DNA from: Octopus bimaculoides
Lineage: Eukaryota
Reading direction: 5' to 3'
Assembly (NCBI RefSeq): GCF_001194135.2
Contig: NC_068986.1
Span: 56,638,397 to 56,702,396 of the forward strand
DNA: 64,000 bases
Made by a program: the position numbers and the translations under genes. The notes under the pieces are model-generated. The model was not told where the DNA came from. It was given only the letters and a program-made list of their open reading frames with translations, and did no database searches. This document shows positions 1 through 11,350 of this stretch, one piece after another (within the stretch, counting starts at the first letter, position 1; each line of letters starts with the position of its first letter).

Positions 1-71
1 TATATATTGCATTCACTATATATATATATACATATATACAATATATATATGCATAATATACATGCCTGCAT

Positions 72-133
<62 letters not shown>

Positions 134-939
134 TATATGTATATAACAAATACATATCACACCTATACATATGTATGTAAATATATATATATATATATAA
201 TGATATATATGTATGTATGTATATATTTTTTATATATATACACACACATATATATATATATAATGATATATATGTATGTAGGTGTATATGTGTGGATATT
301 CCTTTCAGTGTGTGTGCGTATGGATGAGTGTGGTACATGGGAGTGCGTGTGTGACAGAAAGAAAGGAAGAAAGAGGGAGAAAGGGAAGGAAAGAAAAGAA
401 GAAAAGGTGAAAATGGTGGCTAGAAAGATATAACGTGAGGAAAAAAATAGACTAACGTCTATTTTGATAATTCGTGTAAGGTGTGGTGTTACTCAAGGGA
501 AAAGATAATGATTCCATTCGGGCTTCTATCTTGTTGCAGACCGAATGCATGATTAAAACATCTATTAACTCTCTCCGTTGGGATAAATTTAGTTCTCCTG
601 TTGTAGACGAACAGCCGTAATCGGGTTTTTGTTCCTATACAATTGATAAAGCTGTATGATATTTCATTGGTAATTGTATATAAATATTCGGGTGAAATGT
701 TAACAAACACCCACATACATTCAGACATACACGCCTCCATACACCGATACACATAGAGGCTTTTGATCCTAGGAATTGTAATCTTGGTTCATCTAAATGT
801 GATATTTAATCCTTGAGTGTAGACAACGACTCAACAAGTCAATAAGTCGTCGGTGCTATGACTGTATTTCTTTGAGGATTAAACAAACAGGAAGCATGTA
901 TATTAGATATACCACATAACGACATTATAAAATATTGGT

Positions 940-1055
940 CTGAAGTTTTGGCACAAGGCCAGCAATTTCAGAGGATGGGGAAAATCAATTACATCGACCG
1001 CAGTATTCAAATGGTGCTTATTTAATAGACCCCTAAAGTATGAAAGGCAAAGTCC
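940..1055 (-). mobile_element. SINE family B fragment (tRNA-like head; core GAGGTCGACTTTGCCTTTCATCC...GTCGAT...AAGTACCAG; tail GGCCTTGTGCC)
   Basis: Reverse-strand similarity to the near-complete copy at 30596-30812. Confidence 0.75.
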
Positions 1056-1668
1056 ACACATACACACACACACATGTATTTAACAAACATCGTTTAAAGC
1101 GAGATTAACCAAAATAACCGAAGTACTATTTTACGAATCACGAGTAGACGATAACTTTTTTTATGTTTCAGAATCATCTCACTTTTACTTGACAACTATT
1201 AATCTTCGAACTCTTTCCCAAATACGACGCTTAAAGCCAATATTAAGGTGAAGTACATCTCTAAATTCTTTGTTAAACCACCAGTCTTCACATTGTTTGT
1301 TACCATTCTCTTCGCGAAGAATTCATCTGAAGTTTAAGCTGGATGTGCTAGAAACAGCAGCCAAGTCTTACGTGTGAGTAGGCGATAGCTTCATTTAATC
1401 ATTGTGTCACTTCAGAAAATTACGTTTCAATAACAATCGTAACTTAAATGGTGTATATAATGATAGTCATGGAAGCAAGCGATACAAATTCATTTAACAA
1501 TTGTGTCGTTTCAGAAAATTACGTTAACAATATTAATACAGTTCATAATAATGATAACCCTTTCATCATTGCCGACCAAAACTTAGAAAATGCAACTAAT
1601 AATTTAAACAACAATAATATAAGTGTAATTAATAGTGATACAAGGGAAATTTTAAATGGCTCAGCAAG

Positions 1669-1702
1669 AAAATCCAATAGTCTTTAAAGACTATTGGATT
1701 TT
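1669..1702. repeat. Perfect 34-bp palindrome with no loop
   Basis: AAAATCCAATAGTCTTT|AAAGACTATTGGATTTT, 17-bp arms. Confidence 0.97.
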
Positions 1703-1864
1703 ACTCATAAGGTATTAGAATCTTATATGTATACCATTCTGCCTAAATAATGGATTTACAAATACAATATACCTGCATATCTCACATCTATTTTCGTTCT
1801 TCCGACTCACTCTCTATTTCGTATCCTATCTAAATTAACTATTGCTTAACTATCTTCTCACACC

Positions 1865-1912
1865 GTCTCCGATGAATGGATATAGTAAATAGCCTGGAAA
1901 CAGCTGTAAGAC
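1865..1912 (+). ncRNA. Degenerate type-I hammerhead-ribozyme-like motif (Penelope-type terminal repeat)
   Basis: GTCT-CCGATGA-stem II-GAAA-CAGCTG-TA-AGAC. Stem I is GTCT/AGAC, stem III is the palindrome ACAGCTGT, and the cleavage triplet is GUA. Core U4 is replaced by C. Confidence 0.6.
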
Positions 1913-1982
1913 CTTCTATATATAAATCTTCTAAAATCTCAATACAAAAAGTAAATACTTATATATATATATATATATATAT

Positions 1983-2411
1983 ATAAGAGTGGTACAACAA
2001 GGCACCGATATTTACTGGACAATAGCAATCGATATAAATACGACGCTATTGTATAGCTTCACTGCGTATATACTGGCAAAAATGCGTGTGTGCAACAAAC
2101 ATGAAAAACTTGTCTTACCTTAGGAAGAACATTCGAAATGGACAACCCAGATTAAGGATAATGCAGTACCCAGGACTGATCAGATTTACGTTGTGAAACG
2201 TATCTGAAGAGTCTGAAACCGGGGTACTACATTATCCTTAATCTGAATTGTCCATTTTCGAATGTTCTTCCTAAGGTAAGACAAGTTTTTCATGTTTGTT
2301 GCACACACGCATTTTTGCCAGTATATACGCAGTGAAGCTATACAATAGCGTCGTATTTATATCGATTACTATTGTCCAGTAAATATCGGTGCCTTGTTGT
2401 ACCACTCTTAT
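1983..2411. mobile_element. Foldback element with ~192-bp inverted arms, inserted in a TA-rich tract
   Basis: Arms 1983-2174 and 2219-2411 differ by 5 substitutions and 1 indel by manual alignment. The central 44 bp also forms a hairpin. Confidence 0.95.
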
Positions 2412-2513
2412 GAATTTATATATATATACCCTTATAGGGCTATTTTTTGCTGGAAATTAATACATTTGTATTAATACATTTGTATTGAAATATTTTTCAT
2501 ATATATATATATA

Positions 2514-2923
2514 TACAACGGGCTTCTTTCAGTTTCCGCCTACCAAATCNNNNNNNNNNNNNNNNNNNNNNNNNNNNNNNNNNNNNNNNNNNNNNNNNNN
2601 NNNNNNNNNNNNNNNNNNNNNNNNNNNNNNNNNNNNNNNNNNNNNNNNNNNNNNNNNNNNNNNNNNNNNNNNNNNNNNNNNNNNNNNNNNNNNNNNNNNN
2701 NNNNNNNNNNNNNNNNNNNNNNNNNNNNNNNNNNNNNNNNNNNNNNNNNNNNNNNNNNNNNNNNNNNNNNNNNNNNNNNNNNNNNNNNNNNNNNNNNNNN
2801 NNNNNNNNNNNNNNNNNNNNNNNNNNNNNNNNNNNNNNNNNNNNNNNNNNNNNNNNNNNNNNNNNNNNNNNNNNNNNNNNNNNNNNNNNGATGGAGATGG
2901 GGACAAACGTAGACACACACACA

Positions 2924-2964
<41 letters not shown>

Positions 2965-3017
2965 CGAGCTTCTTTCAGTTTCCGTTTACCAAATCCACTC
3001 ACAAGGCTTTCGTCGAC
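2514..3017 (-). mobile_element. SINE family A fragments (first half) on either side of an N-gap
   Basis: Two copies of the reverse complement of GATTTGGTAGACGGAAACTGAAAGAAGCCCGT, at 2514-2549 and 2963-3017. Confidence 0.8.
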
Positions 3018-3029
3018 TGTCTGTATGTG

Positions 3030-3240
3030 TGCGTGTGTGTGTGTCCCTCACCGCCGCTTGACAACCGGTGTTGGTGTGTTTACGTCCCCGTAACTTAGCT
3101 GATCGGCATTAGAGACCGATAGAATAAGAAATACTGGGCTTATAAAAATAAGTACTGGTGTCAATTCATTCGACTAAAAATTATTGAAGGCGGTGCCCCA
3201 GCATGGGCGCTGTCTAATGATTGAAACAGGTAAAAAAAAA
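3030..3240 (+). mobile_element. SINE family A, second half
   Basis: CGCTTGACAACCGGTGTTGGTGTGTTTACGTCCCCGTAACTTAG...GGCGGTGCCCCAGCATGG, matching 38470-38680. Confidence 0.85.
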
Positions 3241-3659
3241 AGATATTCAATGTTTATAGAATAACGCACTTCCGTTGGATCTTATAGAATTGAACTTATA
3301 TAGAAATTTGCAAATTATACATACACTGAGAAGAAACTAAGGTTAACCAAATTGTAGACCTGTCATCTTTCGTAAAACGCCAGCAATAATGCAAATGCTC
3401 GCATACATATCGAAAATAATGCCTAAATACGCACAGACTTGCACAGACACGCATAGACACACACAGATACACACACACATACATACACACGCACGCATTC
3501 ATACACACGCACACACACACACTCTCTCTGTCTCTCTCTGTCTCTCTCTCAAGCACACACACAAACTCATATGCACTCACTCATACGTTATCATACGTGT
3601 GTGGCTATTTGATTTTGAAAGGAAAGCAATTTCTTTAATTGTAGGTGTATTATCATGTT

Positions 3660-3990
3660 ACTTTTTTACTTATTTCAGTCATTGGACATGTTTATGCTGG
3701 GGCACTGACCCTAGAACATACTTTTTTTGAAGTCTGATACTTATTCCATCGCGATCTTTTGCCGGATCGCAAAGTTACAGGGACGTAAGCAAAGCAATAG
3801 CGGCTGTCACACTCTCCCGATAAATGTATGACGGGGTTCCACATCGTTTCTCTCTATTAGATTCACTCACAAGGCTTTAGTCGACTCGGAACTAGCAGAG
3901 TGCAATTGCCTAATGTATCGAACATTGAACTGATTCTGGAACCACGTGGCTGGAGAGCGAAACTCTTAATCACATAGTCATTCCTGGAGC
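3660..3990 (-). mobile_element. Decayed SINE family A copy
   Basis: Reverse-strand similarity to both halves of family A. Confidence 0.65.
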
Positions 3991-4021
3991 TATGGCAGAT
4001 CCAAACATATCACTAGTATCA

Positions 4022-4068
<47 letters not shown>

Positions 4069-4693
4069 CAGCGATAAAAGTCAAAATTGTACCTGATAGT
4101 ATGTGATACAGAAGCTCAGAAAAATGAAAACGAAGATTAAAATAGAAAATAGCACTAAGGCACTTTTTGTATCCATATGATAATAAACATAATGTTTAAC
4201 ATGTTCACTTCCACAAATAAGCATAGAGAAACTAGTGAACCTCATAAGAATCTCAGTAATTCAGGTGCATTCGTTTTAGCGACCACGTAAGAATAAAAAT
4301 GACGTAGGATTGATTTGAACGTAAGGAGCGGCAAATAAATACCGCAAGAAATTTTGACGGACATTCTACCAAGCCTGCTAATCCACATCCTTTGCTATAA
4401 TGCTAATAATAAGAATGATAATAATAAAAAAATATTGATATTGCTATTATTAATATATGAGAGCGAGAAAAAACATAACAACAATACCAAAAGCAGCAAT
4501 GAAAGGTTCTCAAAAACAAAGAAGGAAAAGCAAAATGAAACAGCAGTGGGGGGAAAAAAAATGAAATATAGCTACTTTTATACTATAAAATAAAATCATA
4601 TATGAAATAGGATGAAATCTTTTCAAAATGTATAACAAGGAATATAATAAAACATTAAATAAGGATAAAATCTGAGACCTTTTTATTTAATTC

Positions 4694-4745
<52 letters not shown>

Positions 4746-5300
4746 TATATATGTATATATATACATATATATATGTGTAAATACATATATACATATACAC
4801 ATACATACATACATACATACACACACATATGTACACGTATATGCATGTATATGTATTTATATATGCATGTCTATACATATATATGTGTTCTCTATGTTAT
4901 ATTTATACATTTTTGTTTAACTTTTGTTTTTATTTTCTTGTGTTTATGTTTCTCTGCATTCATATGATTGAAAACGGTGCTCATTCGATTTCGCGTGAAT
5001 GATTAAAAAAAAAGAAAAGAAAGTATTAGGAAATGCTAAGAAAATAAAAATAAAACAAAAAACATTTATGAATTTCGTCAAATAAGAAATATTTATTGAG
5101 ATATTTTCTTTAGAAAACCAACACTGACATACAAAACAAAAATAAAAAACAAAAAATCCGCCACCACAACCACAACCAGTATTATCAAAAGCCACGAACC
5201 ACCAGTACCACCACCCAAACATCAGTAACATCAACTCCTCTAACATCCCGCCTAAAAGAAAAAAAATGGGGAGTAAAGAAAAAAGAAAAACAACAATATA

Positions 5301-5500
5301 GTGGCGAAGTTATTTCCGCCATGAAGACGCTACCGTGATGACGTCACGGTGACGTCACGCCACCTACAAGTCGATCGCCTCTAATCCCCAGAATATCTTC
5401 TCCATGTCACGTGTCATGTGCAGGTTAGGCAAGCTAGTCACGCAAGATTGACGACACAACTATAAGATTTCCCGGCTTCTCATATTCAGAGTATGTAAAT
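5301..5500. promoter_or_regulatory. CpG-rich promoter-like island with tandem CRE sites
   Basis: TGACGTCA at 5339-5346 and 5350-5357; CCGCCAT (YY1-like) at 5316-5322; GTCACGTG E-box at 5406-5413; TATAAG at 5461-5466. Confidence 0.5.
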
Positions 5501-6269
5501 TCTGAATAGTAAATTGAATATGGAGGATAGTTTATAAAAGGATGCCTAATCCGTGTACGGCAATCCATGCGGAACGTATGTAACACCACCCTCTTACCAT
5601 TCCACCGCTACGACAAGACAAGAACAACAGCAGCACGCTCTTTTACAGTCTCTTTTCTTTTACCCACCATTCCATTCCGTGAAAAACATCTTATTCCTTA
5701 ACCTAAGAAAAATAAGTGAAAAACCCCATACTGTCTTTTCGAGATTCATCTTCAGCATTATCATATATATATATATATATANNNNNNNNNNNNNNNNNNN
5801 NNNNNNNNNNNNNNNNNNNNNNNNNNNNNNNNNNNNNNNNNNNNNNNNNNNNNNNNNNNNNNNNNNNNNNNNNNNNNNNNNNNNNNNNNNNNNNNNNNNN
5901 NNNNNNNNNNNNNNNNNNNNNNNNNNNNNNNNNNNNNNNNNNNNNNNNNNNNNNNNNNNNNNNNNNNNNNNNNNNNNNNNNNNNNNNNNNNNNNNNNNNN
6001 NNNNNNNNNNNNNNNNNNNNNNNNNNNNNNNNNNNNNNNNNNNNNNNNNNNNNNNNNNNNNNNNNNNNNNNNNNNNNNNNNNNNNNNNNNNNNNNNNNNN
6101 NNNNNNNNNNNNNNNNNNNNNNNNNNNNNNNNNNNNNNNNNNNNNNNNNNNNNNNNNNNNNNNNNNNNNNNNNNNNNNNNNNNNNNNNNNNNNNNNNNNN
6201 NNNNNNNNNNNNNNNNNNNNNNNNNNNNNNNNNNNNNNNNNNNNNNNNNNNNNNNNNNNNNNNNNNNNN

Positions 6270-6308
<39 letters not shown>

Positions 6309-6737
6309 AATATATATATGTATACATACACACATATATATTATTTACATATATCTATATATGTGTGTCTGTGGTGTAGCTGTAGATATATATGTTTGTA
6401 TGGGTGTATGTGTATGCTTGTGCATGTTTGTCCATCTCTATTTCTTCGTATATGTTTTTCTCATTTTCATTATTTATAATTTGTTTCTCTTACTTTTCAT
6501 ATCTTTCAAGAAATATATGTACGGTGGTGGGGGAGAAACAGAAACATGGGAAGGAATAAGGGGTGTGGTGGAGGTTGGGCAGTGGAAATAAAGTTGCTTT
6601 TGAAGCTGAGAGTTCTTCAAGTCAACTGATGCTGTATATTGAAAGTTAACTGAGAAAATATCATCTTTCAATTAGAATTTACGTCACATGGAAATAGCTA
6701 TTGAAAATAATCGATATCACTTGTGCAGTCTTCTGGA

Positions 6738-6861
<124 letters not shown>

Positions 6862-7148
6862 TGTGCATCCTTTTTCTTTCTCCATTTTATTTTATTATTG
6901 TTTATTTATTTATTTACAACATCCGGAAATGAAAACGAGGACGTCGAAATGACACAAGAAGAGGTATACGAAAACTAAATATATAATGAACTATACAAAA
7001 AAAATAAATATATATATAAGTTGAAGAAATAGAATAGAAAAAAAAATGAAAATACGAGTAAAAAATTGTGGATATAACCAGAAACACATAGGCAGATGGA
7101 ATAAATAGTATGAAAATGAACGAAAGATGTTCCATCTCTACTGTCGGC

Positions 7149-7247
<99 letters not shown>

Positions 7248-7454
7248 CTTGTTTCAGCGAGCAGCAAACTTATATTAATCTTTACGGAAGTTGCTCCAAC
7301 GGTAGTGAAGTAGGCGTGTGGTGGAGAAAATGGGAGAATGTTGCATATGTAATGTCATCTTTTAACTGAAATAAAAAGAATCTCCTTAAAAATAATATGA
7401 CCAACAACAACAACAATAATAATAATGATGATTTCTTACATTGTCACAAAGCCA

Positions 7455-8360
7455 CAGATTTGTAAAGTAGGAGGCGAGGGCCGTTAGCTTGATTGAATCA
7501 ACCCCAATACACGGTAAGAATTTTTTTTTTCAGCTCAGCGGGATGAAAGACAAAGCTGACCCAGTAGGGATTTGAACTCAGCACATAAAAAGACGCAACT
7601 GAAATACATTCATTTTGGCGTTCTTGACGATTATGCTTGATGATGATGATGATAATACTGATAATGAAAATGATGATGATGATAATGATGATGATGATGA
7701 TGTTGAAGTGGAGGATGAAAAGGACTATAAAATGATGATGTTGATAATGATGATGATGGTGATGATATTGAAGTGAAGGATACAAAGGACTATAAAGTTT
7801 TCCGACATATATTTGATACTAGTTTCAAATTTTGGCACAAGGCTAGCAATTTCACGGGAGAGTGTTAATCGATTACATTGACCCCAGTTCTCAACTCATA
7901 CTTATTTTATGGAATCCCGAAGGATGAAAAGCAACGTCAACCTCGGCGGACTTTAAATTCAGAAAGTAAAGACGGACGAAATGCTGCTAAATATTTTGTC
8001 GGTGTGCTAACAATTCTGTCAGCTCGCCGGTGTTCATATATTTAATAATGATTTCAAATTTTGGCACAAGACCAGCAATTTCGGGGCAAGGGGCTAGTCG
8101 ATTACATCGACCGCAGTGTTCAACTGGTACTTATTTTAGCGAACCCAAAAGAATGAGTGGCAAAGTCGACCACGGAGGTATTTGAAGTCAGAAAATATGG
8201 ACGGACGAAATGCCTCTGAGCTATCTCGCCACCGTACATATATTTTACATTGAAAATTGTTATTACATATTGATCATTATTATCAAATTCTGCCAGCTCG
8301 CCGTTGGTAGAATGGTTACTGCACCAGACAAAATGCTAAGCAGCATTTCTTCCGGCGTTT
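7455..8360 (-). mobile_element. Cluster of SINE family B copies, all in the same orientation (about 7455-7635, 7822-8030, 8052-8235, 8280-8360)
   Basis: Repeated TTTCAAATTTTGGCACAAG...CATTGACC/CATCGACC...AAAGTCGACC...GACGGACGAAATGC. Confidence 0.85.
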
Positions 8361-8762
8361 AACTCCAAAATTATAAATAGAAAACTACCTGAGTGAATGT
8401 GAAGTACGGTTTCTTACCGCAGAAAACTCCAATCACTGCATCCGCTGCCATTGTTTGTAACTTATTCCCGAAATACCAACTTATTCTCAGAATAAAGAAT
8501 GCGTAATGGCAAGCGATCTATTATGGCGAATGCCGGACAAAGGGGTCAAACAGGAGAGCTAGGAAGAAAGGGTGATAACAAAGTAGTGCACGTGCGTATG
8601 TATAAGAGAGTATGTAAGTGCGTGTGGAAGAAGGCTCGTGACCTTGACGTCTGCGTGTGTGTATGTGTAGATGTGTGGATGTGGGACTGGGAAGTGGTCA
8701 GTGATAGTGTGTGCGTGGTGGTGTGATGTGATGTGATGTGGTGTTGTGTGGTATGGTGGGGA

Positions 8763-8950
8763 TGGAGACAAACACAGACACACAAACACACACATACCTG
8801 CAAACACACACACACTCACACACACATATCCGACGGGCTTCTTTCAGTTTCCGTCTACATAACCCATTCACAAGGCTATAGTAGATGACACTTGGCCAAA
8901 GTCGCATGGAGTAGGGCTGAACCCGGAACCATGTGGCTGGTAAGCAAGCT
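8763..8950 (-). mobile_element. SINE family A copy with internal deletion
   Basis: CGACGGGCTTCTTTCAGTTTCCGTCTAC...GAACCCGGAACCATGTGGCTGG. Confidence 0.85.
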
Positions 8951-9015
8951 ACATACACACATATACATGTACATACACACACATGCACATATATACATAT
9001 ATATATGTATAAGCA

Positions 9016-9109
<94 letters not shown>

Positions 9110-9720
9110 CCCACCCACATATAGATAGATATACATGCTGAAAAGTTCCTAGCTGCAAAGTTGTCACGAAAGGCCTGGTTAGAGATCCAACCTTCCGACT
9201 TCTTGTGCCAAAACTGAACTGCTGTGATAAATGCATGAATCTGAGAGGGGATTGTGTTGAATAAAATCATAATTACGTGAACCTCCTGTATTTTCTTTCA
9301 CTCAAACCTATGAACTTTTCTGCACCCCCCGATATGTGTGTACGTGCGCGTGCGTGCGTGTTTGTGGTGTGATGTGGTGCGTGTATGTGTGTTTGTGTGT
9401 GTGTGTAATATTCTCCATATGGTGAGAGATGAGATAAATATTATTTATTAGACACAATACATGTTTTTATGTGCTACTAATAGTTTCATATGTTGAGAAA
9501 AACCACAAACATTTTCATTAGGCACAAACCACATATCATAACGAACTAAAAATTAAATGAGAGAAGAAATGCGAAAAGTTGAGAAAGAAGCATATAGAAA
9601 ACGTTAACAGAGGGAAAACGAAAAATGCAAAACAAAAAGTTGAATTTAAAAAGTTAAAAAGTAAAAGAGTTATTATCCTCCTTAGATCTTAAATTATAAG
9701 ATTGGAAAGATATCAAGAAA

Positions 9721-9960
9721 TTAATCAGGTATTAACATATGTTTACAACTCATGACATTTTCAGACCTAGAGTTCAATAGTGAGTTAGGGATCTTAGATC
9801 TGAAAAGGATCTGAGGTCTTTCAGCTAAACATCGCTTATATTTATTTGATCCATTAACATAAGGTGTGATTTTTAAAATTACCTTCCAATTAATCACATG
9901 TGATATTGCATTAGATTTCAAACTCAATATGGACTAACGAAAGAAAGTGGCACTCAACAT
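9721..9960 (-). pseudogene. Penelope-like retroelement GIY-YIG endonuclease C-terminal remnant
   Basis: SLKSNAISHVINWKVILKITPYVNGSNKYKRCLAERPQIL...LLNSRSENVMSCKH resembles the recalled PLE end motif W.LK...I.WKI....Y.NGSK.C.LCL.EK..IL....LLN.RSE..S.CRH. Confidence 0.75.
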
Positions 9961-10419
9961 ATTTGATAGGATTTACACTTTTAATTACAGTTTGACTCAG
10001 CTCCATATGCCTTAAAGTTTTATGGGCGCACAGGGCACGTCCTTCTCATCAAATATCTGAAGAGTAAGAGATGTGAGACAAATTCACCATGTCTTCTAGA
10101 TGTTACGCGTTTATTTGTTAGCTCAGGTTATGTGGTGTTACTGCTGTATAAGTGACATCAGCTCTCTTTTCTATTCTAATGTTGGCGTATGTCAAGAAAC
10201 TCAGTCGTCGCTCGGTGGATTATTAGCACCTTAGTGGCAGTTATCCTTACATGGTAATAACCAAATTTGATGTTGTAAGCATACAGTTGTAATTGGATGA
10301 TCAAGATGGGTGGGAATGTAGTCAATACTGGAGGCAAGAATTGCATACCTATGTGTGTGAGACGGACAGGCCGAAGGGGTGTATTTGGATTGTCTGTTGC
10401 TAGTGGTTTAAAGTTTATT

Positions 10420-10720
10420 GATAGGTTGTACCTCTTGTGGCAACTGTAAGATAGCTAGTTAATTCTCTCTGTTGACGGATACGGCAGGTTGGGGGATTAT
10501 GTGAAGTCCCTTGCCGCGACATAGTTGGCCATAGCAAATTCAAGGTGAGTGAGAGGGTGTGGGGAAGTCATTACGATGACTGAAAAGTCTCCAGATGAAG
10601 TGGGACAGGGAGGTGGAATTTTGCCTATGCCTGCACCTCTGCTGAGTATATATTCCCTTAAAATCATTGGTTGTCATGACTGTGTAGTATATTGTGAAGC
10701 AATCGGATGGTGTAAAGGTG
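10420..10720 (-). pseudogene. Second decayed Penelope-like GIY-YIG fragment
   Basis: Minus-strand reading TTNDFKGIYTQQRCRHRQNSTSLSHFIWRL resembles T.N.FK.RY..H..SF.H....NST.LS.YIW.L. Confidence 0.55.
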
Positions 10721-10776
10721 GTTCTATCGACATAAGAAAGCCGAGGTCATTTGATGAATCTGGCTCCGCACTGATG

Positions 10777-11134
10777 GTCACTGAGCAATAGAAATATCTC
10801 GAGGTGATAAAATATTTAATCGTTTACGACAGTTAATTTTACCTTCAGACACAATAGCACAGGATATTGCGAGGGCATTTGAAACAGTTTAATCTTTGAA
10901 ACAGTGTAATATTGTTATAATATACTGGATTAGGATTTCTTTTTCTTCTTCCGTCGACTATACCAGGAACAATGATAGATGCTCCACATATCTCGTTGAT
11001 AGTAGTGTTAATATCGTATCGTTCCATCACTGCATCTCACCATGTTTGCCTGTCACTCTCACTTGAAGGTAAAATTAACAGTCGTAAATAATTACATACT
11101 TTATCACTTTGAGGCATCTTTATTGCTCAGTGAC
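10777..11134. mobile_element. 358-bp element bounded by 71-bp inverted repeats
   Basis: Arms 10777-10847 and 11064-11134 match at 60/71 positions without gaps (GTCACTGAGCAATA...TTTTACCTTCA). Confidence 0.85.
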
Positions 11135-11159
11135 AATCCATATCAAAGATAATGATTTC

Positions 11160-11350
11160 TGAGTTAGGTATACAGCCAGTACTTTTGAGGGAGAAGGCTA
11201 GTCGGTACCATCGAAACAAATACTTGATTGGTACTTTATTATATCGACTCCAAAAGATTGAAAGCAAAGTTGACATTTGAACTAAGAACGTAAAGAGTCG
11301 AAACAAATACTGCTCTCACAATTTTGTCAGGTCGTCGTCCTCGCCAAGCT
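11160..11350 (-). mobile_element. SINE family B, decayed
   Basis: GATTGAAAGCAAAGTTGACATTTGAACTAAGAACGTAAAG. Confidence 0.7.

Noticed and set aside
9140-9270. FWHKKSEGWISNQAFRDNF resembling a pogo/CENP-B DDE segment
   Set aside because: Too short, with no flanking transposase motifs.
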